From assembly GCF_003334765.1 (NCBI RefSeq), contig NZ_QOWT01000002.1: a stretch of 64,000 nucleotides of DNA. One strand, 5' to 3'. Below, in pieces: positions 17,038 to 28,973 of the stretch. Numbering within the stretch: position 1 is the first letter of the stretch; each line of letters starts with the position of its first letter. A program made the translations under genes and the position numbers. This DNA comes from Escherichia coli (GTDB lineage Bacteria; Pseudomonadota; Gammaproteobacteria; Enterobacterales; Enterobacteriaceae). Below the pieces are notes generated by a model that worked only from the letters and a program-made list of their open reading frames with translations, made no database searches and had not been told where the DNA came from.

Positions 17038-17546
17038 TGATAGTCCACCACCATGGTCAAACTGGCGTTAAACTCGCCCGCAGCAAGTTGCGCCCCGCTT
17101 GCCTTCACAGGTACAGCCTTCAACTGTGGCTGGTTATTGATATTAAATGGCGTCCAGCTATTTTCACCGACGGCAAACAATGAGTTATCGGCGCTATTTT
17201 CTATCCGAATGCCCAGCCCGGTGATATTGGTACTGAGTACCGTTTCGCCGTTAATCGTTGAGGTATTGCCCTTAAGTTGCATCCGCAAGTCGTTAGCAAG
17301 ACTGTTTGTGCAGTTCAACGTGTATTTCGCATCTTGCCGATAATTGGTGCCATCAACGTTATCAGCAATCATATTGCCGAACTCTACCTGGCTGCCCTTG
17401 ATTGAACAGGGTGGCGGAGCATCGACCAACACGCGCAGAATTAAATCCACGGGTTTACTACCAGCCATAGCAGATAAACTACAGACACTGCATACCAGCA
17501 GCCCTGCGCCCACTACAAACTTTTGACTCATAACTCCCCCCGTCAT
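17034..17546 (-). CDS. yfcR: fimbrial subunit-like protein
   Basis: 170 aa, signal peptide, C-terminal MVVDYQ. Confidence 0.75.
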   Translation of the reverse strand: MTGGVMSQKFVVGAGLLVCSVCSLSAMAGSKPVDLILRVLVDAPPPCSIKGSQVEFGNMIADNVDGTNYRQDAKYTLNCTNSLANDLRMQLKGNTSTINGETVLSTNITGLGIRIENSADNSLFAVGENSWTPFNINNQPQLKAVPVKASGAQLAAGEFNASLTMVVDYQ

Positions 17547-18298
17547 CAGCCTTTGCGGCTCTGCTCTTCATCCACCTGGCAGCTGTTGCCATTGCACTGG
17601 AAGAACAGCGGCATCCGTGCGCCAAAGTCGTTGACGTAAGTCAGCACCGGTACGCTATCCATTTTCACATTCAGCGGTACCGTGGTTTTCGGCTCAATGA
17701 CCAGAGGCGAGAACCCTGCAGCTGGATTACCGTTTTTCTGCGCACTGGCGTTGCTGATAATCACGTAGTACGGCGTTGGGTTATTGACGGTAAATGCCTG
17801 ACCGCTGCGGGTGAGCGTCACCTTGTGCTGCCACGGACTTTTCATACTGACCTTTTCCAGCGCCTTTGGTCGCCAGAACAACTTGATACGCGTTTGCAGC
17901 GCGATTTGCAGGGTATTGGGTTTGTTTGATTTTGGCGGGATCTCGCGCACGTTAAAGTAGAACATGCTTTCACGATCGGCTGGCAATTTGTTGATATCCG
18001 GCATTCCCTGCACTTTTACCTGCCCGTTCATCATTGAATCGATGCGTTGCACTGGCGGCAGCACAGTTAACGGCGAGGTGATCTTGTTACCCTTTTCATC
18101 TTCAATCCAGCTTTGAGCCAGATAAGGGAGTTTCGGATCGTTATTACGCAGCGTCACGCTGATTGATTTGTCGCTTTCATTAAATATCAAACGGGTACGA
18201 TCTGGCGTTACAGACGCCAGGGCAGACAAACTGGTAGCGCTAAGCAGTAACGCCAGCGTCATAGCACCCAATTTGGCAGAGCAAAGTAAATCAGACAT
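17546..18298 (-). CDS. yfcS: periplasmic pilus chaperone
   Basis: 250 aa PapD-like chaperone. Confidence 0.85.
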   Translation of the reverse strand: MSDLLCSAKLGAMTLALLLSATSLSALASVTPDRTRLIFNESDKSISVTLRNNDPKLPYLAQSWIEDEKGNKITSPLTVLPPVQRIDSMMNGQVKVQGMPDINKLPADRESMFYFNVREIPPKSNKPNTLQIALQTRIKLFWRPKALEKVSMKSPWQHKVTLTRSGQAFTVNNPTPYYVIISNASAQKNGNPAAGFSPLVIEPKTTVPLNVKMDSVPVLTYVNDFGARMPLFFQCNGNSCQVDEEQSRKG

Positions 18299-18317
18299 GG
18301 ATCATTCCTTAATCACG

Positions 18318-20963
18318 TTATTGGTTAGCTGAAACAGAAACAGGGGGATCGGTGGGTGTCACCTGTTGCGTCTGCTCCTGAATGACAGGCTTTATGTCAT
18401 CAGGAACAACCGGCGCGACGTTGCCTTTATGCTGGCATGGCAGTAACAAGCCGTTAAACAGATCGGCAGGCAGCGGGTCCGGCAGGTTGATATCGCAATG
18501 CGCAACACCACTCCAGAACACACTCATATGTTCGCCAGGTTTCACCCCAGCCAGATAGACACTACCGTCATCATCGACAAGGCCCACTGTCTGCTCGTTA
18601 TCATTTTTTACTTCTGCGCCAAACGGTGGATGGCTGCCATCTTGTAAACGCAGCACCGCCATCGCTTTTTGACCACTGATGACGGCAAATTTGCGGTAGC
18701 CAATGGCTCCTTCAGTTAGCGTGGCTTGCACCACCGACTGGGTTGCTTCGGCGTTTTCCGGCAATTTGTTGAGGTCGATATACGCCTGATTGCGATAATA
18801 ATTGTTAACGTCAGAAACGACGGCTTTACCAAACATATTGGTATAAACAGCAGCCCCGTTACCTTCCACCGGAACATCGGCAACGCCATCGGCATCAATC
18901 AGCAGGCGTGTCCCGCCCATATTCTGGGTACGGTGAAGTGCGCCGCCGTGGGTAGTAAGCGTTGCGCCGCCCTGTAACGACAAGCCCGCAGAGGTGTATT
19001 GCCCTTCATGGTAGTTCGCACTGAGGTCAACCTGCGCCAGCGAACCATCATGGCTGTAGTAGCCATCAACGCTGGTGTGTTTGTCACTGGTGCCGATGTT
19101 CAACTGATAGTGAGTCGCGTCATCGACACGGCTAAAATAACCGACCTGGCTGCTGTCCGTCCCACTGCCATAGTTGCCGTTATAGCTAACGGTACTGTTG
19201 TCGCCCCACGGCATACTGAGCGAAATGTACATGCCCTTATCCGCCCGGTTGTCATACTCGTAGCGGTAGCCAGTCAGGGAAACGCTCATATTACGAATGC
19301 TGCCCATATTGAAATAGTGGGAGAGCATGATGTTGTAGTTTGTCTGCTCCTCACGATCCCAGTAGGTATGGCGGGTATAGTTGAGATAAACCGAAACACC
19401 CGCATCGCGGAAGTTCTGGTTATAAGTGGCGGTGTACATCTCTTTGTCGTTGCCCGTACGGACCATTTCGCTGTCACTGGCATCCAGATACTCGCTCATG
19501 GTCATAAAGTTCTCTTCCGAGAAGCGATATCCAGCGAAAGTGACGCGGCTGTTGAGCTGGTCAAAGTCTTTGGAATAACTCACACGGAAGGAGTTACCGT
19601 CCAGCGAACCTTTGCCATAAGCGGTGTCTTTATCCAGTTTGGTATGCGAATGAGTAACATCAAACGCGACCGCGCCGAAGGTAGACAAATCGCGACCGAC
19701 GCCCAGCGCCGCAGACTGATAGTTTTCATCACCCAGCGCACCGCCATATAACGACCAGCCGTTAGCGATGCCCCAGGAGGCTTCAGCACCAGAGAAAAAT
19801 CCCCCCTCGACATGGTGGCCCCACTCTTGCGGACGTCCCATCATGATCTTATAGCGAACCTGGCCTGGGCGAGTGAGGTATGGCATCGAGGCGGTGCTGA
19901 TGTCATATTCCTGCACCTGGCCGTTCTGTTCTTCAATGCGAATATGCAACGTACCGGAGACGGAATCACCAAGATCCTGAATACGAAACGGTCCAGCCGG
20001 AACCTGCGTTTCGTAAATCACACGCCCCATCTGGCTGACGGTCACTTTTGCTGTGGTGTGTGCCACGCCGGAAATGTCTGGCGCGTAGCCGCGCAGATTG
20101 GGAGGCAACATTTGATCGTCAGTGCTGACACTGCCACCAACATAATTAAAACCGTCGAAAATATCGGAATTGAGGTAATCTTCGCCCAGCGCCAGTTTGG
20201 CTTTTAATGACGGTAACGCCCGCCAGGCATAATAGCGACTCCACTCCCATTTTTTTTGTGTGTCATCGCCGCCAAATTCATCGTCATCATCATTACTGCG
20301 CGTATGTTGATAGTTGGTCTGCCAGTCAGCGCGCATACGCCATGGCCCCAGGTTAACCCCGACCGTCCCGTTGCCGCTGATCTCGTTACTGTCATCGCCG
20401 CCATTTTCTTCGTGTCGTGTTTGCGCAGTGATGCTGTAGTCCGCAATGATCCCGGAGATGCCATCATCCCAACGAGAAGGTGGATCCCAGTCGGGCCAGG
20501 TATATTCGAGGTAAGCCTGCGGTAGTGAAATGACTAATGCGGACTGGCTTAAATCAGCCTTAATTTCCACGCCTTCCAGTTGACCGGGCTTCAGGCATTT
20601 ACCATCGTGGCTCCATTGCAGATTTTTCGCCACGTCTTCTTTTAAACCAAACTGCGCCACCAGTTCCGGTGTCAGACAAGCATAGCTTTTGCTAACGTCA
20701 TCTTCACCAGCATACCAGTAAATATCGTACTCTTCCGCCAATGGCTGTTTATTTAGTTGAACCTGTAAATTGTATTTTCCGGGCTCAACATACCCCTGGC
20801 TGGAAAAACGCTTCAGATCAATTTTTGTGTCGCCTTTTAATTCCAGAAAACGGGAATCAAACTGAATGTCGTCTTCAGCCCAGACACTGCTATAACTCCC
20901 TGACATTGCCAGCGCAATGCACCACGGAAGAATCCGTAATCGAAAAAGAGAATGGTCAGGCAT
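18318..20963 (-). CDS. yfcU: fimbrial outer-membrane usher (intact)
   Basis: 881 aa uninterrupted ORF with usher features. Confidence 0.85.
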   Translation of the reverse strand: MPDHSLFRLRILPWCIALAMSGSYSSVWAEDDIQFDSRFLELKGDTKIDLKRFSSQGYVEPGKYNLQVQLNKQPLAEEYDIYWYAGEDDVSKSYACLTPELVAQFGLKEDVAKNLQWSHDGKCLKPGQLEGVEIKADLSQSALVISLPQAYLEYTWPDWDPPSRWDDGISGIIADYSITAQTRHEENGGDDSNEISGNGTVGVNLGPWRMRADWQTNYQHTRSNDDDDEFGGDDTQKKWEWSRYYAWRALPSLKAKLALGEDYLNSDIFDGFNYVGGSVSTDDQMLPPNLRGYAPDISGVAHTTAKVTVSQMGRVIYETQVPAGPFRIQDLGDSVSGTLHIRIEEQNGQVQEYDISTASMPYLTRPGQVRYKIMMGRPQEWGHHVEGGFFSGAEASWGIANGWSLYGGALGDENYQSAALGVGRDLSTFGAVAFDVTHSHTKLDKDTAYGKGSLDGNSFRVSYSKDFDQLNSRVTFAGYRFSEENFMTMSEYLDASDSEMVRTGNDKEMYTATYNQNFRDAGVSVYLNYTRHTYWDREEQTNYNIMLSHYFNMGSIRNMSVSLTGYRYEYDNRADKGMYISLSMPWGDNSTVSYNGNYGSGTDSSQVGYFSRVDDATHYQLNIGTSDKHTSVDGYYSHDGSLAQVDLSANYHEGQYTSAGLSLQGGATLTTHGGALHRTQNMGGTRLLIDADGVADVPVEGNGAAVYTNMFGKAVVSDVNNYYRNQAYIDLNKLPENAEATQSVVQATLTEGAIGYRKFAVISGQKAMAVLRLQDGSHPPFGAEVKNDNEQTVGLVDDDGSVYLAGVKPGEHMSVFWSGVAHCDINLPDPLPADLFNGLLLPCQHKGNVAPVVPDDIKPVIQEQTQQVTPTDPPVSVSANQ

Positions 20964-21044
20964 ACACGTTTTTATCCGTTTTTATTCTTGTTCGGTCAAA
21001 ATCCATTTAAATACCCCATAGCAGTGTCGCTATGGGGGTATGCC

Positions 21045-21608
21045 TTACAGGTAAGTAATCTGGAAGGTGGTATTTGCTTCGAAATTACCCAGATCTGGCG
21101 CATCAGCTGCGCCGACCAGCCAGGCTTTAAAGTTCAGAGTCTGCTTCGCTTTGCCTTTATTAGTGGCAGTATCTTTCACGATTTTCTGGTCAATACCCAT
21201 GCCGCTTTTGTAAGAGGTACCCAGAGAGTCACCGATCGCCAGGCTAACATTGTTAAATGCCGCACCGGTATCGGTATTGAAAATGGTGTAATAATTGCCG
21301 CTATTTGCAGAAGAAACGGTACCAGTAAAGGTAGTGGTCATTGTTTCCTGAGTATCAAATACGCAATCTTGCAGGCGAATCTGGAAATTTTTCGGCGTGG
21401 TGGTGCCGTTATTTTTCAGTTTTTCGGCACCGATATCACCCATATCAACTTCCAGTTTGTGATCGTCCGGAACGATAGAACACACTGAGTCTTCAATGGT
21501 GCCGTAAAAACGTGCAGTACCGTTGTTACCCGCAGCGATTGTTGCCGTAGAGGTGAACGCGCCCATCACCATTGCCGCAGCAATAGCTGTTTTAACAAAC
21601 TTACTCAT
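21045..21608 (-). CDS. yfcV: major fimbrial subunit
   Basis: 187 aa, signal peptide, first gene of operon. Confidence 0.8.
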   Translation of the reverse strand: MSKFVKTAIAAAMVMGAFTSTATIAAGNNGTARFYGTIEDSVCSIVPDDHKLEVDMGDIGAEKLKNNGTTTPKNFQIRLQDCVFDTQETMTTTFTGTVSSANSGNYYTIFNTDTGAAFNNVSLAIGDSLGTSYKSGMGIDQKIVKDTATNKGKAKQTLNFKAWLVGAADAPDLGNFEANTTFQITYL

Positions 21609-22288
21609 TATTTGTCCTTAAACTATAAATAATTAAAATATAAACATTGCAATACATTGATTCAGTCAATAGCCAATGTTTATACCCAGCCATTGAATAC
21701 GGCATGCGATCCAAAAAAACAGGTCGTAAAAAATGTATTCGTTGGTGTGGGGTCGAATAGTGATGTTTTCACTCCCCTGATTCAATTTAATTTTACTAAT
21801 GAGTAAATGTAGATTTAATTAATATATTGATAGGGGAAAGATTATCTTAAGGATCTTCTAAAAAAACACGAAATATATATTTAGAAAAAACAGGAAGCAT
21901 ATCAACAATGAATGCCAATAGCTTAAAAAACAAACAATGAACATATAATGCGATTGGCATTAACCCGCTTTTGTCGATATAATATATAAACACTATAGCC
22001 AGAATTTAATCAAGTTTCAATTACGTCCTGCCTGATTATTCAACTCTATTTTCTCCATTATCTGTATTAATAAATGATAATGAGTGTCAAACAGACATTA
22101 TTCATTTCAACATGTAACTTTGGGCAAAATCAAGATACGCGCAGAAGAATACTTTCCGAATGAAAGTTAAAGGTGTTTTATTTATAGATGGGGAGAGTCT
22201 TCGATAGTAGTGAGGTTGACAGATATCCGCTGCCTGATGAGCAATTATGCCCAATGAATCTACCTCATTGGGCATAATTTGGAACTCA

Positions 22289-22774
22289 TCAGATAGCTTT
22301 TGCCATCTTCAGATTACACGGGCTCATCTGCCAGTTGAATGTGCCGTTTCCGCTTTCATCAAGCGTTACGCTGGCAATGGCCGAGGTGGTAAACATAGGC
22401 GGCGTTTCGCCCGGACATAACTCGGCAACCAGATACCCGACTAACGGTAAGTGAGAGATCACCAGTACCGAAGCAACACCTTCATTGGTCAACGCCTGCA
22501 AATAGGCACTGACCAGACCAACATCGCCGCAGGGCGTTAACTCCGGCAGAACTTCTGCACTGGAAGGCAGGTTCAGACAATCCCCTACTTCTTCCAGTGT
22601 TTGCTCGGCTCGCAGGAACGGGCTCACCAGAACGCGTTCGATTTCCACTTTTTGACCTTTCAGCCAGTTCGCCATCAGGCGAGATTCGTCACAACCATTA
22701 GTGGTCAGAGGACGAACGGAATCACTGGCGGCATCGAGGGCTGCGTCGCCGTGACGCATGATAAAAACTTGCAT
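22289..22774 (-). CDS. sixA: phosphohistidine phosphatase
   Basis: 161 aa, RHG catalytic motif (MRHGDA). Confidence 0.9.
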   Translation of the reverse strand: MQVFIMRHGDAALDAASDSVRPLTTNGCDESRLMANWLKGQKVEIERVLVSPFLRAEQTLEEVGDCLNLPSSAEVLPELTPCGDVGLVSAYLQALTNEGVASVLVISHLPLVGYLVAELCPGETPPMFTTSAIASVTLDESGNGTFNWQMSPCNLKMAKAI

Positions 22775-22976
22775 ATTGCACCGCTTTTGTTAACCAGATT
22801 CGCCCGTTTTCTTTCATCTGAAACCAGAGAAAGAAAACGGTGGCCGGCATTGTGCCTTATCCATTCACCGAATGAAACGCTGTTTTTTACCTCAATGGCG
22901 TAAGTATAGTCAATATGCGTTTACATTTTGACCAACACTCCGCCATTCAGCGCGGATTCATATAGCTTTGACCTTC

Positions 22977-25121
22977 TTATTGCAGGTCAGTTGCAGTTGT
23001 TTTCCAAAAACTTTCCCCACGCGCGCCCATCTCGACCAAACGCTCGCAAGGGGTAAAACGGGAACCATACTGCGTGGCAAGTCGTTGCATTATTGCAACC
23101 ACTTCGCCCGCGCCGAGAGAATCGATATAGCGGAACGGTCCACCGAGAAATGGCGGAAAACCAATGCCAAATACCGCGCCAATATCCCCGTCACGCACGC
23201 TACGGATAACCTGCTCATCAACACAACGTACTGCTTCATTCAGCATCAACATCACACACCGTTCAGCAACCTGCGGTGCGGAGATTCGCCCCTGCCCTTG
23301 TGTGCCAATCAGCGGGTAAATGGCGGGATCGACCTGTTTTTTGCTTTTACGCCCTTTCTGACCATAAAGATAGAAACCCCGGCCATTTTTTCTGCCTTTG
23401 CGATCGTCGTTCAAAATTGAAGAAACAACATTTGCAGGCGCGCTAAAACGTTCTCCATAAGCGGCTTCCAGTACAGGAATAATTTTAGTCCCGGTGTCGA
23501 TTCCTACCTCATCCAAAAGTTGGATTGGGCCTACCGGAAAACCAAATTTCACTAGCGCGGCATCAATGTGCTCTACCCGTTCACCTTGGGTCAACATGCG
23601 GATAGCTTCATTAATGTAAGGCGCTAAGATGCGATTGACGTAAAAACCGGCTTTGTCACGCACGACAATTGGCGTTTTACCCTGTTTTTTCGCCAGTTTT
23701 ACTGTGGTAGCGATGGTTTGCGCCGATGTCCCCGCATGAGGAATAATCTCCACCAGCGGCATTTTTTCCACCGGACTGAAGAAATGCAGGCCGATAACTT
23801 GCTCAGGTCGCGTGGCGTGAGCGGCGATATCACCAATCGGTAAAGATGACGTATTCGAAGCAAAGATGGTATGAGCGGCGCAATTTTGCTCAACTTCCGC
23901 CACCATCTGTTGTTTCAATTCGAGATTTTCAAACACCGCTTCAATAATCAGATCGCGATGGGCAAAGCCGCGATAGTCCGTCGTTCCGGAGATTAATGCC
24001 AGCTGTTTGTCACGTTCGCTGGCTTTGAGATGACGACGGCGAACTTTGCCCTCCAGCTGATCCCAACTGTACTTCAGCGCATGATTTATGCCCTGCGGGT
24101 TGATATCTTTAATTCTGACCGGAATCCCCGCTTTACAAGCAGTGACATAAGCAATACCGCCGCCCATCAAGCCACCACCTAAAATCCCCACGCTGTTTAA
24201 TGGCGCAGGCGGCGCATCACTGCCGGGATCTTTCGTCACGTCCGTACTGGCAAAAAAGATACTACGCAGCGCCTGCGATTGTGGCGTCATCGCCAGTTCG
24301 CCAAACGCCCGAGCTTCGGCGTCATAACCGCTGCTGGTGCCCTGCGCTAATCCCGTTTCAACAACCTCCAGGATGCGTTCTGTCGCCGGATAATTGCCTT
24401 GAGTTTTGTGTTCTGTTTTCTTGCCGACCATTTTGAACAGCAGCGCACGACCTAACGGCCCCGCCAGAATACGCTCGCGTACAGGTAGAGGGCGGGAAGA
24501 TGGGCGCTCCTTCTTTGCCAGCTCAACAGCGGCTTCCAGCAGAATGGAGTGCGGAACAACGTCATCCACCAGCCCCAGCTTTAATGCCTGTTTCGCCCGA
24601 AGTTGTTTTCCGGTGAGGATCATCTCTAATGCTGTGCTGACGCCTATCAGACGCGGTAAACGCTGGGTGCCGCCTGAACCGGGTAACAATCCAAGTTGTA
24701 CTTCAGGCAAACCGAGCACCGTTTTAGGATCGTCAGTACAAACGCGACCGTGGCACGCCAGCGCCAACTCCAGCCCACCACCCAGGCAAGCGCCATGAAT
24801 AGCCGCGATAACCTGAATGGGCAAAGCATGAATCTCCGCCATCAACTGTTGGCCCTGCCGCGCCAGAGCTTCCGCTTCTTGCGCCGTTTTGCAGTTGCCG
24901 ATCATGTTGATGTCTGCGCCAGCAATGAAGTTGTCCGGTTTAGCGGAGACAAACACCACGCCTCGCAACTCTTTGTTTTCACGGAGTTGCTTAATAATGG
25001 CGCGCACCTGCGAGGCAAACTCCGCCTTCAGGGTATTCATTTTCTCACCCGGTACGTCGATGGTGATAACGGCAATGTTGTCCAGACGAACATTAAGGGT
25101 AAACGCTGATGTCATTTCCAT
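22977..25121 (-). CDS. fadJ: anaerobic fatty-acid oxidation complex alpha subunit
   Basis: 714 aa enoyl-CoA hydratase plus 3-hydroxyacyl-CoA dehydrogenase domains. Confidence 0.95.
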   Translation of the reverse strand: MEMTSAFTLNVRLDNIAVITIDVPGEKMNTLKAEFASQVRAIIKQLRENKELRGVVFVSAKPDNFIAGADINMIGNCKTAQEAEALARQGQQLMAEIHALPIQVIAAIHGACLGGGLELALACHGRVCTDDPKTVLGLPEVQLGLLPGSGGTQRLPRLIGVSTALEMILTGKQLRAKQALKLGLVDDVVPHSILLEAAVELAKKERPSSRPLPVRERILAGPLGRALLFKMVGKKTEHKTQGNYPATERILEVVETGLAQGTSSGYDAEARAFGELAMTPQSQALRSIFFASTDVTKDPGSDAPPAPLNSVGILGGGLMGGGIAYVTACKAGIPVRIKDINPQGINHALKYSWDQLEGKVRRRHLKASERDKQLALISGTTDYRGFAHRDLIIEAVFENLELKQQMVAEVEQNCAAHTIFASNTSSLPIGDIAAHATRPEQVIGLHFFSPVEKMPLVEIIPHAGTSAQTIATTVKLAKKQGKTPIVVRDKAGFYVNRILAPYINEAIRMLTQGERVEHIDAALVKFGFPVGPIQLLDEVGIDTGTKIIPVLEAAYGERFSAPANVVSSILNDDRKGRKNGRGFYLYGQKGRKSKKQVDPAIYPLIGTQGQGRISAPQVAERCVMLMLNEAVRCVDEQVIRSVRDGDIGAVFGIGFPPFLGGPFRYIDSLGAGEVVAIMQRLATQYGSRFTPCERLVEMGARGESFWKTTATDLQ

Positions 25122-26431
25122 TATTCCGCCTCCAGAACCATTGCCGCGCCAAGCCCACCGGCAGCACAGGCGGTAACTAAACCAAATCCACCGCCGCGAC
25201 GGCGAAGTTCATGCAATGTCTGGGTAATCATCCGCGCGCCGGTCGCCGCGAAGGGATGCCCGTAAGCAATCGAACCGCCAAGCACGTTAAATTTGCTATC
25301 GTCCACTTCGCCAGTGGCATGTGCACGCCCCAGTGCTTCACGAGCAAAACGTTCACTACCCAGCAACTGAATATTCGCCAGCGTCTGAGCTGCAAAGGCT
25401 TCGTGCATATCGATCAATGTCAGATCGCTCATCGTCAAACCGGCACGCTCCAGCGCCAGCGGTGTTGACCAGGCTGGACCGAGCAACATGTCCTGCCAGA
25501 CATCAATCGCAGTAAATGCGTAGCTGCGCAGATACCCCAGCGGCACCAGCCCTAATTCTTTCGCCCGGGATTCAGTCATCAGGATCACCGCTGCCGCGCC
25601 ATCGGTCAGCGGCGTACTGTTTGCCGCCGTTACCGTTCCGTGTTTGCGATCAAACGCCGGGCGCAGCTTTGCGTAATCGGCAAGCGAGGAATTACCGCGA
25701 ATATTGTTGTCTTCGACAAGCGGTTGTTTATAAGGAGGGATAAAGGCAGTCATCACCTCTTCTTTGAGTTTTCCGTCTGACCATGCCTGAGCGGCACGCT
25801 GATGCGAACGGTGCGCTAATGCATCTTGCTGTTCTCGGGTGATGCCGTAGGTTTTCGCCATTTGCTCTGCGGTGTCGCCCATCCGCAAGCCGGTAGAATA
25901 TTCTGCTACCGCAGGTGGTACGGGCATTAAGTCGCGCAAACGCAGGCGAGAGAAGAGTTTCAGTCGCTGGCTCATGGTACGAGCTTTGTTGACATCAACC
26001 AGCACGCGCGCCAGTTTTTTACTGACGCCAATTGGCAATACCGAAGAGGAATCTGCCCCACCGGCAATCCCCGCTCGAATAGTTCCCGCCATCAGGCTTT
26101 CTGCGACGTTTGCAACTGCCTGGAAACTGGTAGCGCAAGCGCGGCTGACGCTGTAAGCATCGGTATGTACATTCATTCCCGTACCGAGAACAATTTCACG
26201 CGCAATGTTGGGGGCTTCAGGCATTTGTACGACCTGACCAAAGACCAGTTGTTCAATCACTTCGGCGGGGATCTCGCTGCGTGCCAGCAGTTCGCCTACC
26301 ACCATCTTCCCTAAATCAACCGCGGGAATGCCATGAAAAGCCGTCGCCTGACGGGCAAAAGGCGTACGTAAACCGCTAACAATGGCGATACGATCGCCCT
26401 GGCGGGTAACCAGCGGTAAAACCTGACCCAT
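25121..26431 (-). CDS. fadI: 3-ketoacyl-CoA thiolase
   Basis: 436 aa thiolase; overlaps fadJ start. Confidence 0.95.
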
Positions 26432-26457
26432 AACACTCCCCTGTAAAAAAATAAATA

Positions 26458-26474
26458 AAGTGGTCTGACCTGAT
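26458..26474. promoter_or_regulatory. FadR operator upstream of fadIJ
   Basis: aaagtggtctgacctga matches FadR box core TGGTC-N-GACC. Confidence 0.6.
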
Positions 26475-26560
26475 CATAGTCTTAACCATTTTTTTACATT
26501 TAGCCAAGTGGAGAAAAGGGAAAGTGGGAGCTATGACACAGAGAGAAAAGAAGAAGAGAA

Positions 26561-26594
26561 AAGAAAACGCCCCTGCCAGCAACTGACAGGGGCG
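26561..26594 (-). terminator. rho-independent terminator after yfcZ
   Basis: hairpin cgcccctg...caggggcg followed by T-run on minus strand. Confidence 0.6.
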
Positions 26595-26611
26595 TACGTA
26601 CCCGAGAGGAA

Positions 26612-26896
26612 TTAACGCAGACCCAGCTGGAAAATCAGCATTTCAGCTTCGCAGGCAAAAGTGAAATCGATATCCAGGCGCACACCGTCAGACTCTTCAG
26701 TGAAAGTCGGGGTGATTTTGCAAGGTTCAGATTCCACGCTACGGGCTTTTTCAGTCAGCGCCGCCAGCGTTTGCTCTGCTTCTGCGCGGTTTGCAAACAC
26801 GCGGCTGTAAGACGCGGTGCAGTCGGAGTTGTCCATAATGGTGCCAACATCCATACAGCAGCAAACCGGGGTTTCATCAGCACTACATTTACTCAT
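26612..26896 (-). CDS. yfcZ: YfcZ/YiiS family protein
   Basis: 94 aa from MSKCSADETPV; CCC motif. Confidence 0.8.
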   Translation of the reverse strand: MSKCSADETPVCCCMDVGTIMDNSDCTASYSRVFANRAEAEQTLAALTEKARSVESEPCKITPTFTEESDGVRLDIDFTFACEAEMLIFQLGLR

Positions 26897-27141
26897 CGTT
26901 GATTTCCTCTGTATGTGCACCCAAGGTGCCAGATAAACGTTGTGGATATTTTACGCTTCCGGAAAGTGCTGCTCCAGTTGTTAATTCTGCAAAATCGGAT
27001 AAGTGACCGAAATCACACTTAAAAATGATCTAAAACAAAATTCACCCGAATCCATGAGTGCGCCACCTCCAAATTTTGCCAGCTGGATCGCGTTTCTTAG
27101 ATCATATTTGAAAAAAGATAGAAACATACTTGCAACATTCC

Positions 27142-27183
27142 AGCTGGTCCGACCTATACTCTCGCCACTGGTCTGATTTCTAA
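27142..27183. promoter_or_regulatory. two FadR operators in fadL promoter
   Basis: agctggtccgacctata (consensus-like) and cactggtctgatttcta. Confidence 0.7.
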
Positions 27184-27267
27184 GATGTACCTCAGACCCT
27201 ACACTTCGCGCTCCTGTTACAGCACGTAACATAGTTTGTATAAAAATAAATCATTGAGGTTATGGTC

Positions 27268-28608
27268 ATGAGCCAGAAAACCCTGTTTACAAAGTCTGCT
27301 CTCGCAGTCGCAGTGGCACTTATCTCCACCCAGGCCTGGTCGGCAGGCTTTCAGTTAAACGAATTTTCTTCCTCTGGCCTGGGCCGGGCTTATTCAGGGG
27401 AAGGCGCAATTGCCGATGATGCAGGTAACGTCAGCCGTAACCCCGCATTGATTACTATGTTTGACCGCCCGACATTTTCTGCGGGTGCGGTTTATATTGA
27501 CCCGGATGTAAATATCAGCGGAACGTCTCCATCTGGTCGTAGCCTGAAAGCCGATAACATCGCGCCTACGGCATGGGTTCCGAACATGCACTTTGTTGCA
27601 CCGATTAACGACCAATTTGGTTGGGGCGCTTCTATTACCTCTAACTATGGTCTGGCTACAGAGTTTAACGATACTTATGCAGGCGGCTCTGTCGGGGGTA
27701 CAACCGACCTTGAAACCATGAACCTGAACTTAAGCGGTGCGTATCGCTTAAATAATGCATGGAGCTTTGGTCTTGGTTTCAACGCCGTCTACGCTCGCGC
27801 GAAAATTGAACGTTTCGCAGGCGATCTGGGGCAGTTGGTTGCTGGCCAAATTATGCAATCTCCTGCTGGCCAAACTCAGCAAGGGCAAGCATTGGCAGCT
27901 ACCGCCAACGGTATTGACAGTAATACCAAAATCGCTCATCTGAACGGTAACCAGTGGGGCTTTGGCTGGAACGCCGGAATCCTGTATGAACTGGATAAAA
28001 ATAACCGCTATGCACTGACCTACCGTTCTGAAGTGAAAATTGACTTCAAAGGTAACTACAGCAGCGATCTTAATCGTGCGTTTAATAACTACGGTTTGCC
28101 AATTCCTACCGCGACAGGTGGCGCAACGCAATCGGGTTATCTGACGCTGAACCTGCCTGAAATGTGGGAAGTGTCAGGTTATAACCGTGTTGATCCACAG
28201 TGGGCGATTCACTATAGCCTGGCTTACACCAGCTGGAGTCAGTTCCAGCAGCTGAAAGCGACCTCAACCAGTGGCGACACGCTGTTCCAGAAACATGAAG
28301 GCTTTAAAGATGCTTACCGCATCGCGTTGGGTACCACTTATTACTACGATGATAACTGGACCTTCCGTACCGGTATCGCCTTTGATGACAGCCCAGTTCC
28401 TGCACAGAATCGTTCTATCTCCATTCCGGACCAGGACCGTTTCTGGCTGAGTGCAGGTACGACTTACGCATTTAATAAAGATGCTTCAGTCGACGTTGGT
28501 GTTTCTTATATGCACGGTCAGAGCGTGAAAATTAACGAAGGCCCATACCAGTTCGAGTCTGAAGGTAAAGCCTGGCTGTTCGGTACTAACTTTAACTACG
28601 CGTTCTGA
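27268..28608 (+). CDS. fadL: long-chain fatty acid outer-membrane transporter
   Basis: signal peptide then beta-barrel, C-terminal aromatic residue; ORF open from 27262. Confidence 0.95.
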   Translation: MSQKTLFTKSALAVAVALISTQAWSAGFQLNEFSSSGLGRAYSGEGAIADDAGNVSRNPALITMFDRPTFSAGAVYIDPDVNISGTSPSGRSLKADNIAPTAWVPNMHFVAPINDQFGWGASITSNYGLATEFNDTYAGGSVGGTTDLETMNLNLSGAYRLNNAWSFGLGFNAVYARAKIERFAGDLGQLVAGQIMQSPAGQTQQGQALAATANGIDSNTKIAHLNGNQWGFGWNAGILYELDKNNRYALTYRSEVKIDFKGNYSSDLNRAFNNYGLPIPTATGGATQSGYLTLNLPEMWEVSGYNRVDPQWAIHYSLAYTSWSQFQQLKATSTSGDTLFQKHEGFKDAYRIALGTTYYYDDNWTFRTGIAFDDSPVPAQNRSISIPDQDRFWLSAGTTYAFNKDASVDVGVSYMHGQSVKINEGPYQFESEGKAWLFGTNFNYAF

Positions 28609-28973
28609 TAACGCGTTCGCCTGGATAAAGTCACCTGCATAGCAGGTGACTTTAACTCCCCCACTTCACCGAAAGTAGTGTCCTCATTGCTTACCTCCTG
28701 AGTTTTGCAAACAGCCTGTTGGCAGCTTGCCCTTTCAAATCAATAAGCGGTATCCACAGACAAACCTGAAGGGAAAGGCATATTTTCAGGCGTTCTGCTC
28801 GTCCTTCTCAAAGAGTTTACTTTTCTGCATTTCCAGGATACTCCCCCCCCCTGGCTATTGTGCGCTCATACACTCAAATTAAAGATAGGTTCTAAATAAA
28901 TGAGCGTTTTTTGATAGTCTATTTCATTAGGTAATATATATTTGTAACAAATCAATCAAAATGGAATAAAATC

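Noticed and set aside
18999-19751. 250-aa plus-strand ORF inside the usher gene, and similar antisense ORFs throughout (e.g. 8-517, 3059-3715, 12486-13079, 13335-13994, 24696-25109, 51445-52107)
   Set aside because: All overlap well-supported genes on the opposite strand and show low-complexity, Arg/Ala-rich translations; treated as non-coding shadows.
27021-27107. Inverted repeat atgatctaa...ttagatcat flanking about 55 bp upstream of fadL
   Set aside because: Only 9-10 bp of imperfect complementarity at long spacing, with no promoter or terminator context; probably chance.
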